Source: Candidatus Latescibacterota bacterium
GTDB lineage: Bacteria; Latescibacterota; UBA2968; UBA8231
NCBI GenBank assembly: GCA_965223905.1
Contig: CBDCXV010000002.1
Coordinates: 594,985 to 658,984 of the forward strand
Direction: 5' to 3'
Length of the DNA: 64,000 nucleotides
Shown here: positions 49,806 through 60,030 of the stretch, in pieces
Numbering within the stretch: position 1 is the stretch's first letter
How the letters are laid out: every line of letters begins with the position of its first letter
The notes under the pieces: generated by a model
Seen by the model: the letters and a program-made list of their open reading frames with translations, nothing else
Databases searched by the model: none
Told to the model about the DNA's origin: nothing
Position numbers and translations under genes: made by a program

Positions 49806-50958
49806 TTGAGCGAAACCCCCGACCCCGAAGGACCTCCGAACTGCCCCCGACTGATCTTCAATTCCGACGGCGACTCGACGACCTACATAGCCTTCGAGCC
49901 GCCGCTCACCCCGGAGCAGGCCTGCCGCGACATCGAGGAGGTCGCCGGCACCAGCGTCGAGGTGTTCACCAACTCGATGGGCCGCGGCGACGAGACCTTC
50001 TCCCACCCCACCGGGTTCGGCGAGATCTACGGCTCCAACGTCACCGAGTGGCCGCAGGCCGAGGGCCTGGAATACGTGCGCTGGATGGCCGACAGCACCA
50101 GGGCGCTTCTCGACCAGGGCGTCAACGTCATCGAGCTGCTGGCGGCGCGGGGGCACGAGCGGGGAATGCAGTTCTGGCCCGCCCAGCATATGAACGACAT
50201 CCACGAGGACGACACCGGACGCTGGAGGGCCCTGTCGGAGCACCTTCAAGAAGGAGCACCGCGAGCTGCTGATCGGCTCGCCCTACCCGAAGGTGTCCGG
50301 CTACGCCGGCTACCGGCAGGACGACCTCCTGCCGGATCGGCGGCGGCCTGGAGCGCTTCTCCAAGGTGTACGGCTACGCCGGCAACGACATGCTGTACGC
50401 GCCGCCTCGAGCTTCTGGCACCAGGGGGCCAGCTGCATCTACCTGTTCAACTACGACTGCCACCGGATGCCGAAGACCGGCAGCGACGCCTACACTCCCG
50501 ACGAGGTCCAGCTGCTGCGCGAGATCCACGACCCGCCGCGGATCGCCCGCAGGAACAAGCGCTACACCGTCAGCGTGGACATGCAGCTCAATACCCCCGA
50601 GCAGGGGGGCGGGATGCCCCTCCCCTTCGAGATCGGGGACCCGGGCCAGAGCCAGGTGTTCCGGATCGTCGTCGGGGACGACGTCGAATCCGCGCGGCGG
50701 GAACAGGCCGTGGCCGATACCTGGCTGCGGATCACCTGCAGGGAGTACGACCCCTCCCTGGTGGAGGCATCGGTCTCCTTGAACGGCAGCCGCCTGGATT
50801 CAGGCCGTCGCATCGAGCTGCCGTCCACCACGACGGTGACCTGGCGCGACGTACCGGTCGTCCAGGGAGAGAACCGCATTTGGGTCGCGCTCGATCGCAT
50901 CGAGGGCCAGGACTGCCTGCGCATCGTGGGGATCGAGCTGGTGATCGCCTATGTGTGA
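49806..50958 (+). pseudogene. Glycoside-hydrolase-like TIM-barrel protein, broken by frameshifts/deletions
   Basis: RLIFNSDGD...MNDIH in one frame; QGASCIYLFNY and the C-terminal beta domain in another; the central part appears shortened. Confidence 0.6.
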
Positions 50959-51078
50959 GGCTGTCGGGGTGCGCAGAAAGGCGAGGCAGTCGGGCTGTCC
51001 GGAAGGATGCATATCGGCCGCGTCAATCGTCTTCTGTAGACTCCCTTTGCACCGCAATTTGGATAAGGAGGTGATCTC

Positions 51079-51483
51079 GTGGGTGTCTTTCATGTTTCCG
51101 CAAGAATGAGGAACTGGCAGAACCGGTTCCTTCCGCCGGAGAAGCAGGGGGAGGAAGTCTCCTGTGAAATGCTGGTGGACTCCGGGGCCGCTGAATTGGC
51201 GCTGCCCGTCGAAGTCATGGCTCCTCTGAAGCTCGAAGACCTTGGCGAAGTGCGCGTGTTTACCGCCGATGGCGGCCAACACGAATACCGCCTCTTCGGC
51301 ATGGTCGAGCTCGAGGTTCAGGGACGGGTGTGTCAGGTCAGAGCCATCGAGTTGCCCCGCGGCGCCGAACCTCTTCTGGGCGCGGTTCCGCTCGAGGAGA
51401 TGGACTGGCGAATCGATTCTGCAGGGAAAAGACTGGTTCCGAATCCCCGTTCTCCGGCCCGGCCGCTGCTGCCCATGTGCTGA
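51079..51483 (+). CDS. Clan AA (retropepsin-like) aspartic protease
   Basis: RBS AAGGAGG; LVDSGA, TADG and LLGAVPLEEMD. Confidence 0.85.
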   Translation: MGVFHVSARMRNWQNRFLPPEKQGEEVSCEMLVDSGAAELALPVEVMAPLKLEDLGEVRVFTADGGQHEYRLFGMVELEVQGRVCQVRAIELPRGAEPLLGAVPLEEMDWRIDSAGKRLVPNPRSPARPLLPMC

Positions 51484-51502
51484 CCCGGGAGCGCAAACGA
51501 CG

Positions 51503-52651
51503 ATGGATCCCCTCGCAATAAAGCTTGGTGTCGAGGAAGAGTTCTTCCTGATCGACCAGGAGACCCGCGATCTCCTGTCCGACCCCGACCGCGGCATCTT
51601 CGAGGAGTGCGAGAAAAACTGCGGGCCCCACGAGGTCGTGGCGGAATTCCTGCGCTCCCAGATAGAAACCACCACCCGGGTCTGCGCATCCGTGGCGGAG
51701 GTTCGCTCCGCCCTCAACGAGACCCGCGGCCTCGTCATCGACGCGGCCGCAAAGCACGGGGCCGCGGTCCTGGCCGCCTCGACGCATCCCTTCGCCGCCT
51801 GGGCCAACCAGGTCGTCACCTCGGGCCAGCGCTACGAGCAGTTCGCCATGACCTACCAGCAGGCGGTCCGGGAGCTGCTCGTCGGCGGGATGCACATCCA
51901 CGCCGGGTTCGGCGACCGGAACAGCCGCGTGCGGGTCATGACGGCGCTGCGCCGGCACCTTCCGCTGCTGCACGCGCTCTCCGCCTCCTCCCCCTTCAGC
52001 AGCGGCCGGGAGACCGGCTTCAAGTCCTACAGGCTGACCCTGTTCGGCAGCATGCCGCGCACCGGCCTTCCGGGTCCGCTGCGTTCCTGGGCCGATTTCG
52101 ACGGCCTCGTGGACGACTACCGCCGCATGGATTTCATCCAGGACAGCAGCGAGCTGTGGTGGGACATCCGCCCCTCGCGGACCTATCCCACGGTGGAGCT
52201 GCGCATCTGCGACATCTGCCACACCGTGGACGACGCGATGAGCGTCGTGGCGCTGTATGCCTGCCTCGTGCGCCACCTGTTGCGCCGGGACATGCAAGGA
52301 GAGCTTCCGGCGGAGCCGCCGACAGAGCTGATCGAGGAGAACTGCTGGCTCGCGCAGCGATACGGCGTCCTCGCCTTTCTCGGCAACACCGGAGGAGCCG
52401 GGCGCATGGACATCGAGGAGTATGCCATCTCCCTGGTCGAGGGTCTCGCCGAGGATGCGCAGGCCCTCGGTTGCGAAGCGGAGCTGCGTCACGCCCTGGA
52501 GCTGGTGCGGACCGGCACCGGCGCCGACCGGCAGATCGATCATTTCCGCCTGCGCCGGCTGGAAGGGGACTCGGTGGAGGAAGCCCTGCGTGCCGTGGTG
52601 GACCTCGTGGTCGAGGAAACCGGGAGCGGCATCCGCGGCCCGGCCGGGTGA
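51503..52651 (+). CDS. ybdK: Carboxylate-amine ligase (GCS2 glutamate-cysteine ligase family)
   Basis: LGVEEEFFL, GMHIH, ALSASSPF, WWDIRP and TVELRICD. Confidence 0.9.
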   Translation: MDPLAIKLGVEEEFFLIDQETRDLLSDPDRGIFEECEKNCGPHEVVAEFLRSQIETTTRVCASVAEVRSALNETRGLVIDAAAKHGAAVLAASTHPFAAWANQVVTSGQRYEQFAMTYQQAVRELLVGGMHIHAGFGDRNSRVRVMTALRRHLPLLHALSASSPFSSGRETGFKSYRLTLFGSMPRTGLPGPLRSWADFDGLVDDYRRMDFIQDSSELWWDIRPSRTYPTVELRICDICHTVDDAMSVVALYACLVRHLLRRDMQGELPAEPPTELIEENCWLAQRYGVLAFLGNTGGAGRMDIEEYAISLVEGLAEDAQALGCEAELRHALELVRTGTGADRQIDHFRLRRLEGDSVEEALRAVVDLVVEETGSGIRGPAG

Positions 52652-52735
52652 CCGGAAGGGCACCGGGAATCGGGGGAGCCGGGATCTGTCCCGCGCGAAG
52701 GACCGTCAGCTTCTACAGGACTCGCCCCGGTGATA

Positions 52736-54556
52736 TCAACTGGCCTGCCGCTCCAACCGGTGCAGCCAGTTCTCGACCCGGAGCTGGAGAAACGCCCGCG
52801 CCCTGCCCGACCAGAGATGATCCAGCGTCAGGCCGCGAAAAACCGGCATGGTGCTCATCCGAAGGCGCAGGTCTTCGGTAAACCCTTCCAACGACTGATC
52901 CCCCGGCCCGCCCGACAGCCGTAGCAGAAGGGCCGCGGCATCGGCCAGGTACCTGACGGAGTCGTGGGTTTCCGCAAGGGCGGCAAGTTCCGCGGCGGCC
53001 TCGTCGAGATCCTGCGCCCGCCTCCCGCCCCACCACCGCTCCAGCGACTCCACTGCCGAGGCGAACCGGGTTCCGTCACCGGATCCTCCTCCCTGGCGCG
53101 GATGGCAGACGTACTCCCCCAGCCCTGCGAGCACGGATTCCCTCGACTGCGAAGGATCCAGTTGCCGGCGGAAGAAATAGTAATCTCCCGGGTACTGCGT
53201 ATACGGGGTCAAGCGATAGGCGAGCGAGGCGGTGTGCCTTTCTTCGAGCCCCTTTTCCAGCCACGCATCGATCTGTCGCAGTTTCGGCTCGGGCAGGATG
53301 TTGGCCGACTCGAACCCCCCTTCCGGGTCGAGGAAGAAGGCGAGCGGCAACGGGACCAGCCCCTGTTCCCGCATGATGTCGATGGTTTCGTACTCGGAGC
53401 TGTGGGTGATGACCGCGGTCCCTTCGGGAAGCTCCGCCGCCATTCGACGGCGCAGGTCCGGGTGCGGCGCGAAGCCGTTTTCTCCCGCTTCGATCCGTTC
53501 GATCCACCAGAGACAGGCCGCGATCCCGGCTCTGCCGCCGATCACCCCGGACAGGGTGTGCAGGGCGTCGAGCATGACCCGCAGGTAGTCGCGGCACTCC
53601 GGGCAGATGCAGGCGCCCGGGTCGGCGAACCAGGGAACGAAGCTGTCGGCCACGCCGGCGAAGTAATCGATCAGGTACTTCTGATATGGGAGGATCCGTT
53701 CCTTCCCGCGCTGCCAGCAAAGGGTGATGCCGGTGTAGTTGACATCTTCCGCTCTGAGCTCCGGGTAGCTCAGCCAGGTCGAGGGAGGCACGCACCCGGT
53801 GGAAAACCCGACCCAGGTTTCCATCCCCATGACGCGGGCATACGCCAGGGCCTCGTGCCAGACCGGGTAGCGCCACGCATTGGAGGCGAGCTCCGGCTCG
53901 TCCGGGTGGAAATACTGCGTGGGCCAGATGTAGAGCTTGAGCAGATTGCAGCCCGCGGCATTGAGCAGCTCGATGTACCATTTCCAATCGTCGAGGCTCC
54001 AGGTGTCCGTCGTCAGCGGGGCGATGTTCCAGGGGATGCTCGAGGCGTACACGCCGCGTATTGCAAAGGGGGTCTCGTCGTCGGCGAAGTTGCGGACCAT
54101 GCGGAACTGGGCCCCGTCGCCGGTCCTGCCGGCGAGGCGGTATCCCTGTTTCGCATAGACGCGAAGGGCCCGGTGATTCTCCGGGTAACAGCTCAGGGAG
54201 AGTCCCCGCTCGCCGCGCTCCCGGGCGATACCTTCGATCCGCTGCATCAGCCTCTTGCCGATGCCCTGGTTGTGGAAGGCATCGATGATCCCGATGCCGA
54301 GGCCCGGGTAGGGCTTTCCGCCTTTGCGAGCGTACCAGACATGCCCGATCAGCTTTTCGCCGCTGAAGGCGCCGACATGGACGCTGTCCGGATCGCGGAT
54401 TCCTTCCGCAATCTCCGCAACGGCTTCCCGATCGAAGGAATGCGGGTGAAAGAAATGGCGGCTTGCCTCGGAAACGCCCTCGAAGAAGGCGGGGATCCTG
54501 GCGACGTCGGCGTCGTTGAAAAAGCGGACGGTTACCTTGGTTCTGCTTTCGCTCAT
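52736..54556 (-). CDS. GNAT domain fused to a glycoside-hydrolase-like barrel domain
   Basis: N-terminal NQGIGKRLM...N.RALRVY.KQGY; C-terminal FAIRG...WSLDDWKWYIELL...CNLL. Confidence 0.7.
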   Translation of the reverse strand: MSESRTKVTVRFFNDADVARIPAFFEGVSEASRHFFHPHSFDREAVAEIAEGIRDPDSVHVGAFSGEKLIGHVWYARKGGKPYPGLGIGIIDAFHNQGIGKRLMQRIEGIARERGERGLSLSCYPENHRALRVYAKQGYRLAGRTGDGAQFRMVRNFADDETPFAIRGVYASSIPWNIAPLTTDTWSLDDWKWYIELLNAAGCNLLKLYIWPTQYFHPDEPELASNAWRYPVWHEALAYARVMGMETWVGFSTGCVPPSTWLSYPELRAEDVNYTGITLCWQRGKERILPYQKYLIDYFAGVADSFVPWFADPGACICPECRDYLRVMLDALHTLSGVIGGRAGIAACLWWIERIEAGENGFAPHPDLRRRMAAELPEGTAVITHSSEYETIDIMREQGLVPLPLAFFLDPEGGFESANILPEPKLRQIDAWLEKGLEERHTASLAYRLTPYTQYPGDYYFFRRQLDPSQSRESVLAGLGEYVCHPRQGGGSGDGTRFASAVESLERWWGGRRAQDLDEAAAELAALAETHDSVRYLADAAALLLRLSGGPGDQSLEGFTEDLRLRMSTMPVFRGLTLDHLWSGRARAFLQLRVENWLHRLERQAS

Positions 54557-54897
54557 ACATACCCCAACTCTTCGGGTGAGAGAGGTTTGAGCAAGGATCT
54601 CGGAGCTGCGCCCGGTGAGGCCGAGGGATCGGTCGGATCTGGCTGGCTCTGCTCCCCGGGGGCGGATGAGGCGAGCCATCTCGTGCGCACCGCACCCTGC
54701 TGCTTTTCATCCGCAGCCAGGGTGTCGTGGCGCCCGGCGCCAGGAACCTTCCGGATCTCATCCCGTGGAGCCATCCCTCCGGGCCCGGGCAGGCCGACCG
54801 CGACCCGTTTACCGAGGATATCTACCGACACCGGGCCTACAGGTGACTCCCAACCCGGCGATGCCCCGGAGACCCCGGCTGTTCGCCGGACCGATGT

Positions 54898-56361
54898 TCA
54901 GCGCAGGAGAACCAGTTTGCGTGCCAGCACCCGTCCGTTGGCACGGAGCCGGCAGGTATAGACGCCGGAAGCCAGATCGGCCCCGCGAGCGGTGCGTCCA
55001 TCCCAGGTGAAAGAGTAGGTCCCCGGCCAGTACGGCCCTCGGGCAAGGGTGGCGACCTTTTGTCCGCTCATGCTGTAAACCGCCAGCTCCATGTCGGCCC
55101 TGGTTTCCAGGTCGACGCGGATCACCGTCGACTGGTTGAAGGGATTGGGGTAGTTCTGGGCGAGGTTGAGAGCCGCTGGCCGGGCGTCCACCTGCTCCTC
55201 GTACACCGCGGTCTCCGTCGGCGGCGCGGGCCGGCTGGCGATGTCCTCGTTAAGCCGGTAGGCCTGGATGCCCACCGTGCCGTCGGCGACGTAGAGCAGC
55301 CCGTCGTCGTGCGGCTGCACGCTCCAGGCGGAGCCCGGATAGGTGTGGTAGCCGATTTCCACCGGCCGCGCCGGGTCGCTCAGGTCGAAGACGCGCAAGC
55401 CGGCGTCGTAGTAGGCCCAATACAACAGCCCGTTGTCGACCCAGGGGTTGTGCGGGCCGAGGATGTCCCCGTGAGGCGGCGGGCGGCTGGCGAAGGAATG
55501 GACCACCCGCGGCTGCCGGGGGTCGGCGATATCGACGACGTGGAGGCGTTGCTCCCAGCCGCCGAATTCCTGGTTGCAGTAGACGTAGTCCCCCTCGGCC
55601 CAGGCGCTGTGGATGCCTTCGGGGAAAGGCAGGGCCGCGAGCAGCGCGGGTGCGTCCGGATCGGTGAGGTCGAGGAGGACCAGCCCGGAGTCGTAATCGC
55701 TGATGACGGCGACGCCGTCGCGGATGAAGATGTCGTGTACCAGGTTGCTGAAGGTCCCGTGCTGCCAGAAACCCGATACCACGGGGGCCGTGGGAACCGA
55801 TATGTCGACGATATTCAGGCCCGGACTGGCCATGTGAGCGAGATAGAGGCGGTCGCCGTGGATGAAGAGATTGTGGACCCCTCCCCAGCCAGCCTCCTCG
55901 AGCCGCGAGAGCTCGACGGGATTCGCCGGATCGGAAATGTCGAGGATCAGCAGACCGAAGTCGCCGTCGTTCCCCTGTACGCCGATTACGGCCAGATCGC
56001 CCGAGATCTTGATGTCCACCGCGGATCCGGGAGTGCGCACCTCGGCTACCTTGCGCATGCCGGCAGGATCGGAGATGTCGACGATATGGACGATGCCGCG
56101 AAAGTCGCCCATCAGCGCTTTTTCCCCCGTGAGATAGAGGTCGGTCCCGTAAGGAGGTTCGCCTTCCTGGGGAAGGCTGACGAGGACGATTTCGCCGACG
56201 CGTTCCACATTGAGGCTGTCGGGGGCATCGTCGGGGGCAAAGATGGGGTTGGGTGCGTGGCCGGTGGGTTCCTCGTGACCGGAGGTGGCCGCGGCAACGA
56301 GGAGGATCAGCAGAGGCAACACGGCCCGGTGTACGGCAGGCTTGGACTTTGGGTCGAGCAT
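54898..56361 (-). CDS. Secreted LVIVD-repeat beta-propeller with FlgD-Ig tail
   Basis: Repeats IVDISDP, GVHN and YYDAGLRVFDLSDP; TAV...QNYPNPFN...RKLVLLR. Confidence 0.88.
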   Translation of the reverse strand: MLDPKSKPAVHRAVLPLLILLVAAATSGHEEPTGHAPNPIFAPDDAPDSLNVERVGEIVLVSLPQEGEPPYGTDLYLTGEKALMGDFRGIVHIVDISDPAGMRKVAEVRTPGSAVDIKISGDLAVIGVQGNDGDFGLLILDISDPANPVELSRLEEAGWGGVHNLFIHGDRLYLAHMASPGLNIVDISVPTAPVVSGFWQHGTFSNLVHDIFIRDGVAVISDYDSGLVLLDLTDPDAPALLAALPFPEGIHSAWAEGDYVYCNQEFGGWEQRLHVVDIADPRQPRVVHSFASRPPPHGDILGPHNPWVDNGLLYWAYYDAGLRVFDLSDPARPVEIGYHTYPGSAWSVQPHDDGLLYVADGTVGIQAYRLNEDIASRPAPPTETAVYEEQVDARPAALNLAQNYPNPFNQSTVIRVDLETRADMELAVYSMSGQKVATLARGPYWPGTYSFTWDGRTARGADLASGVYTCRLRANGRVLARKLVLLR

Positions 56362-56546
56362 GGTCGGTCCTCCTGGTCTCAAGGGCGGCAAGGCCCGATT
56401 GCCCGGCCGGAATGGCCTCCCCGTTACTAGGACGCCCCCGATGACCGCGGAGGTTCCAGCCCGCGGAACCCGGATGAAGCCTGGCGGTCTTTCGGGTGTC
56501 AAAAGAAACGCCCTTCTGTCACATTCCTGAAACCGGAGATCTCGAC

Positions 56547-56930
56547 ATGAAAGGAACTGCCGCAACCATCCTGGGCTCCCTCTGGCTGCCGCTACTCGTG
56601 CTGGCCATCTCCCTGGTCAGGTTCGGCGCCGGCGGCATGGGACACGGTCCCGGCGTGACGGACATCCTGTGGCTGTTCGCGCTGACCTGGCCGGCTGCGA
56701 TCCCGCTTACCTGGGCGGTGCGCCTGTTGCACCGCCGCTCCCGCATCCTCGCGTACGTCTGCGCCGCGGTGCTGGGACTGGCAGCTGCCTGGGGCGCAAT
56801 CGTCGGAGGACTGCTCGGACCGATCGGCGTGGCCGCTTTCGTCCTCGTGGCGGCGCTGCCGGCATTGATACTCCTGAGGATTCTGGACAGAAACCGGGGG
56901 AGTGCCGGCGGGCCGGCGGCACAAGCGTAG
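56547..56930 (+). CDS. Hypothetical 4-TM membrane protein
   Basis: RBS GGAG; four hydrophobic segments. Confidence 0.65.
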   Translation: MKGTAATILGSLWLPLLVLAISLVRFGAGGMGHGPGVTDILWLFALTWPAAIPLTWAVRLLHRRSRILAYVCAAVLGLAAAWGAIVGGLLGPIGVAAFVLVAALPALILLRILDRNRGSAGGPAAQA

Positions 56931-57036
56931 CCAACCGCACCCGAAACCCTGTCTCGCCTGGCGCCGGCCGTTGCCGAACCGGGAGCGGACGGGCTACAAT
57001 ATCCGGCCCGACCCGCAATGCACGGCCGACCCTTTC

Positions 57037-58149
57037 ATGGGTCCATCCACCGGAGACAGGGCCATCGGAGCCAACGCCGCAAGCACCACCGAAGCGAAGC
57101 TGAAGTCGGGGGAGACCCTCGTCGTCAGCGAGGTGGAGCCGCCTCTCGGGGCCTGGGCCGGCAAGGCGGGCTGCTGGTGGGAAGCGGTCGAGGAGGAACT
57201 GCTCTCCGGCGCCTTCGCTTCCTGGCTCCGCAGCCCCTACTACATCGGCGAGATCGGCGGTCAAGTCGCCGGGTACATGACCTGCCTGACGCCGGCGCGA
57301 AATCCGGAAGTCGGCCTGGTCGAGTTCGTCAGCACCTCGGAAGAGCACCGGCGCAAGGGGGTCGGCACCGCCCTGCTGCGGCGGCTGATCGCCCGCTTCG
57401 AAGCGAACGGGGGCCTCGCCCTGTACCTCTGCACCACCAATCCCGGGGCCGGGCGGCTGTACGAGAGCTGCGGCTTCGACTACTTCGTCGGCGACGGCAT
57501 GCGCTACCTGTCGGCCGCGGCCGGCGACTTCGATGCCGCATACCTGGCGCACGCCGGTGAGGCGGCTGTCCGGGAGGCGCACTGGGGGGACCTGCCGGGC
57601 GCCTCGGTGCTGTTCTGCCACCCGCAGCCGGCCTGGGAGATCAAGGAGTACCTCAGCCACTGCTTCCGCGACACCCGTTTCGAGGGTCACTTCGTGCGCC
57701 TGATGCGCCGCGTCGAGGAGGACCGCGGCCTCATCATGGTTCTGGAGAATCCGCGCCGGAGGGTGGTCGGCTGCGCCATCGTCGAGCGCCTGCCGACGTT
57801 CCACCAGCAGCACGTCGCCCAGCTCAGCTTTCGCCTCGCCCCGGAGTACGGCGACCAGACGGCCGAGCTGCTCGACGCCGCGGCCTCCCGCGCCCACCGG
57901 ATCGGCATCTCTGTATTGCAGGCCTATGCTGCGGAAGGGGACGGGAGCGCCGGGCAGGCCCTGGAGCAGGCGGGGTTCGAGCGCGAGGCGGTGCTGCCGC
58001 GGCGCCTGCGGACTTCCAACGGCCTCACCGGCGTCGCCGTGTACGGCAGGCAGCTCGCAAAGGCGGAACCGCGGCGCCCGCAGCACGAGTACTACGGGGA
58101 GAGACGGCCGTGGCAGGCCGAGCGGATCCTCGACGGGAAAAGGAGATGA
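57037..58149 (+). CDS. Tandem GNAT acetyltransferase
   Basis: HRRKGVG..LL, LYESCGF and a second domain with LEQAGF; start uncertain. Confidence 0.8.
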   Translation: MGPSTGDRAIGANAASTTEAKLKSGETLVVSEVEPPLGAWAGKAGCWWEAVEEELLSGAFASWLRSPYYIGEIGGQVAGYMTCLTPARNPEVGLVEFVSTSEEHRRKGVGTALLRRLIARFEANGGLALYLCTTNPGAGRLYESCGFDYFVGDGMRYLSAAAGDFDAAYLAHAGEAAVREAHWGDLPGASVLFCHPQPAWEIKEYLSHCFRDTRFEGHFVRLMRRVEEDRGLIMVLENPRRRVVGCAIVERLPTFHQQHVAQLSFRLAPEYGDQTAELLDAAASRAHRIGISVLQAYAAEGDGSAGQALEQAGFEREAVLPRRLRTSNGLTGVAVYGRQLAKAEPRRPQHEYYGERRPWQAERILDGKRR

Positions 58150-58153
58150 GGCC

Positions 58154-58954
58154 ATGATCGAGCCGATTCCGCTGGTAGCCTACCCCGAGCTGGAGGAGCA
58201 GGTCGAAGCCGTGCACCGCGACGGCTACGCCTATCTGCCCGGGGTCGTCGGCGCCGGCGAGATCACGCGGCTGCGCGCGGCGATGGACGCCCTGGAAGCG
58301 ATACCGGAGAGCTTCGACCGCACCGGGACCCCCGGGGAGAATGGCTTTTTCTCCAAGTCCATCAACAACGTCTTCAACCGCGATCCCCTGTTCACCGGCT
58401 ACCTCGACCGCCCGCGGGTCATCGAGCTGGCCGAGGCCCTGCACGGGCCCGACTGCCACTGCATCGGCATGACGGCCTGGCTGACCGGCCCGGGGCGGCC
58501 CGCGCAGAACCTGCACGCCGACTGGCAGCCGCTGACGGTTCCCGAAGACCTGATGGACGATCCGCGCCTGCGCATCCCGGTGTACATCACCACCGCCCAT
58601 TTCTACCTCGACGACCTCTACGAGGAGCTCGGCCCGACCGCGTTCGTGCCGGGCAGCCACCGCGCCGGCCGTCCGCCGGACGGGGACACCGGGTACAAGG
58701 GGTTTCCGCCGAAGGGGATTTTCTGCAAGGCCGGGGACGTCGTCATCTTCCGCAGCGAGGTCTGGCACCAGGGCACCGCCAACACCAGCGGCCAGGTGCG
58801 CTACCTGCTGCAGGTGCACTACGCGCAGCGCATGATCACCCAGAAGTACCCGCCCTACCTCAACCGCTTCCGGTTCGATCCGGACATCCTCGCGCAGGCG
58901 ACGCCGCGGCAGCTGCGCCTCATGGGGGACCACAAGCGGAGCAACTACGATTGA
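58154..58954 (+). CDS. Phytanoyl-CoA dioxygenase (PhyH) family
   Basis: RDGY, LHAD, GPTAFVPGSH and VWH. Confidence 0.9.
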   Translation: MIEPIPLVAYPELEEQVEAVHRDGYAYLPGVVGAGEITRLRAAMDALEAIPESFDRTGTPGENGFFSKSINNVFNRDPLFTGYLDRPRVIELAEALHGPDCHCIGMTAWLTGPGRPAQNLHADWQPLTVPEDLMDDPRLRIPVYITTAHFYLDDLYEELGPTAFVPGSHRAGRPPDGDTGYKGFPPKGIFCKAGDVVIFRSEVWHQGTANTSGQVRYLLQVHYAQRMITQKYPPYLNRFRFDPDILAQATPRQLRLMGDHKRSNYD

Positions 58955-59384
58955 AGCCGCCACGGCCGGGTTCGAGCGGGGGTTCAGTGGAGGCGCGGGG
59001 TTGAAGCGACCGGCCCTCGCGGCCTGGACGGGGCGTCCTTGCACCGCGGTCCGGCAAGACTGGGAATCTGTTCCAACGGGCCTCATGGTGGTGTTCGGGG
59101 ATCGGTGCTGCGACGGGAGAGGCTCGGGAGAGCGATCGAATTCACAGCCCGGCCATCTTTGCGGTGAACACCGCGGCTTTCCAGGGCGGCCGGAAAGCAG
59201 GGACCATGCCCCGGTTGTCGCCGAGTTGAAGCGGCGGGCAATCGGCGCCGGGACAGGGCCGCCACTTGCGCCGGGGCCCGGCAAAGAGAGTATTCACCTT
59301 TGAGATTGGAGCGGCCGACTCCGGCAGCGCAGCCGGGAGGGCCGTGATATCGTCACACCGTCACACTTCATCCGGGAGACAGCG

Positions 59385-60029
59385 ATGAGAACGGCAACGC
59401 AGATGCTGCTGATCGCCGCGGCCACCACCGCGTGGGCTGGCCAGCAGAAGCAGCAGGGAGAGCAGAGCGCCCCCTTCCAGGGGCACGGGGTAATCGTCGA
59501 CATCCACAGCTTCTTCACCGCGGCCGCGGAGGGCAGCGGGCCCGCGGAGCTGCAGGCGGAGCACCAGGTCGCCGGCCGCGCCCTGGTGACCGAGGAGGGG
59601 GTGTACGCCTTCCTCGAAACCCCGGGAAACGCCGGCGCCCTGGAAGCGACGGAGCCCGGGTCGGTAGTGCAGGTGTCGGGCAGGCTCCTGGAGCGGGGAG
59701 CCCTGGTGCACGTCGATTCCCTGAAGACGGTGACCACCGTGCCGCTGATCGACTTCGCCGCCTTCCGCAACGACCCCGGGCAGCAGGTCACCCTCGCCGG
59801 GGTGAACAAGTGCCAGTGCGGCCTCAGCGTCGCCGACCTGCCGCACTCCTGCGAGCTCGGCCACCTGCATCACCTCGAAGCGGAGGACGGCCGCATCTAC
59901 AACTACCTGCAGTTCGGCTCCGGCAAGGATGCCTTTCTCGGGGCCGGCTCCCACTTCAAGCCGGTAGAGGTCACCGCGCGCCTGCTGCCGGGCCAGTACC
60001 TGCTGGTTCAGGAGCTGGCCGTCGAGTAG
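59385..60029 (+). CDS. Secreted hypothetical protein with Cys/His cluster
   Basis: RBS GGAG; signal peptide AWA; KCQCGL..HSCELGHLHH. Confidence 0.7.
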   Translation: MRTATQMLLIAAATTAWAGQQKQQGEQSAPFQGHGVIVDIHSFFTAAAEGSGPAELQAEHQVAGRALVTEEGVYAFLETPGNAGALEATEPGSVVQVSGRLLERGALVHVDSLKTVTTVPLIDFAAFRNDPGQQVTLAGVNKCQCGLSVADLPHSCELGHLHHLEAEDGRIYNYLQFGSGKDAFLGAGSHFKPVEVTARLLPGQYLLVQELAVE

Positions 60030-60030
60030 G

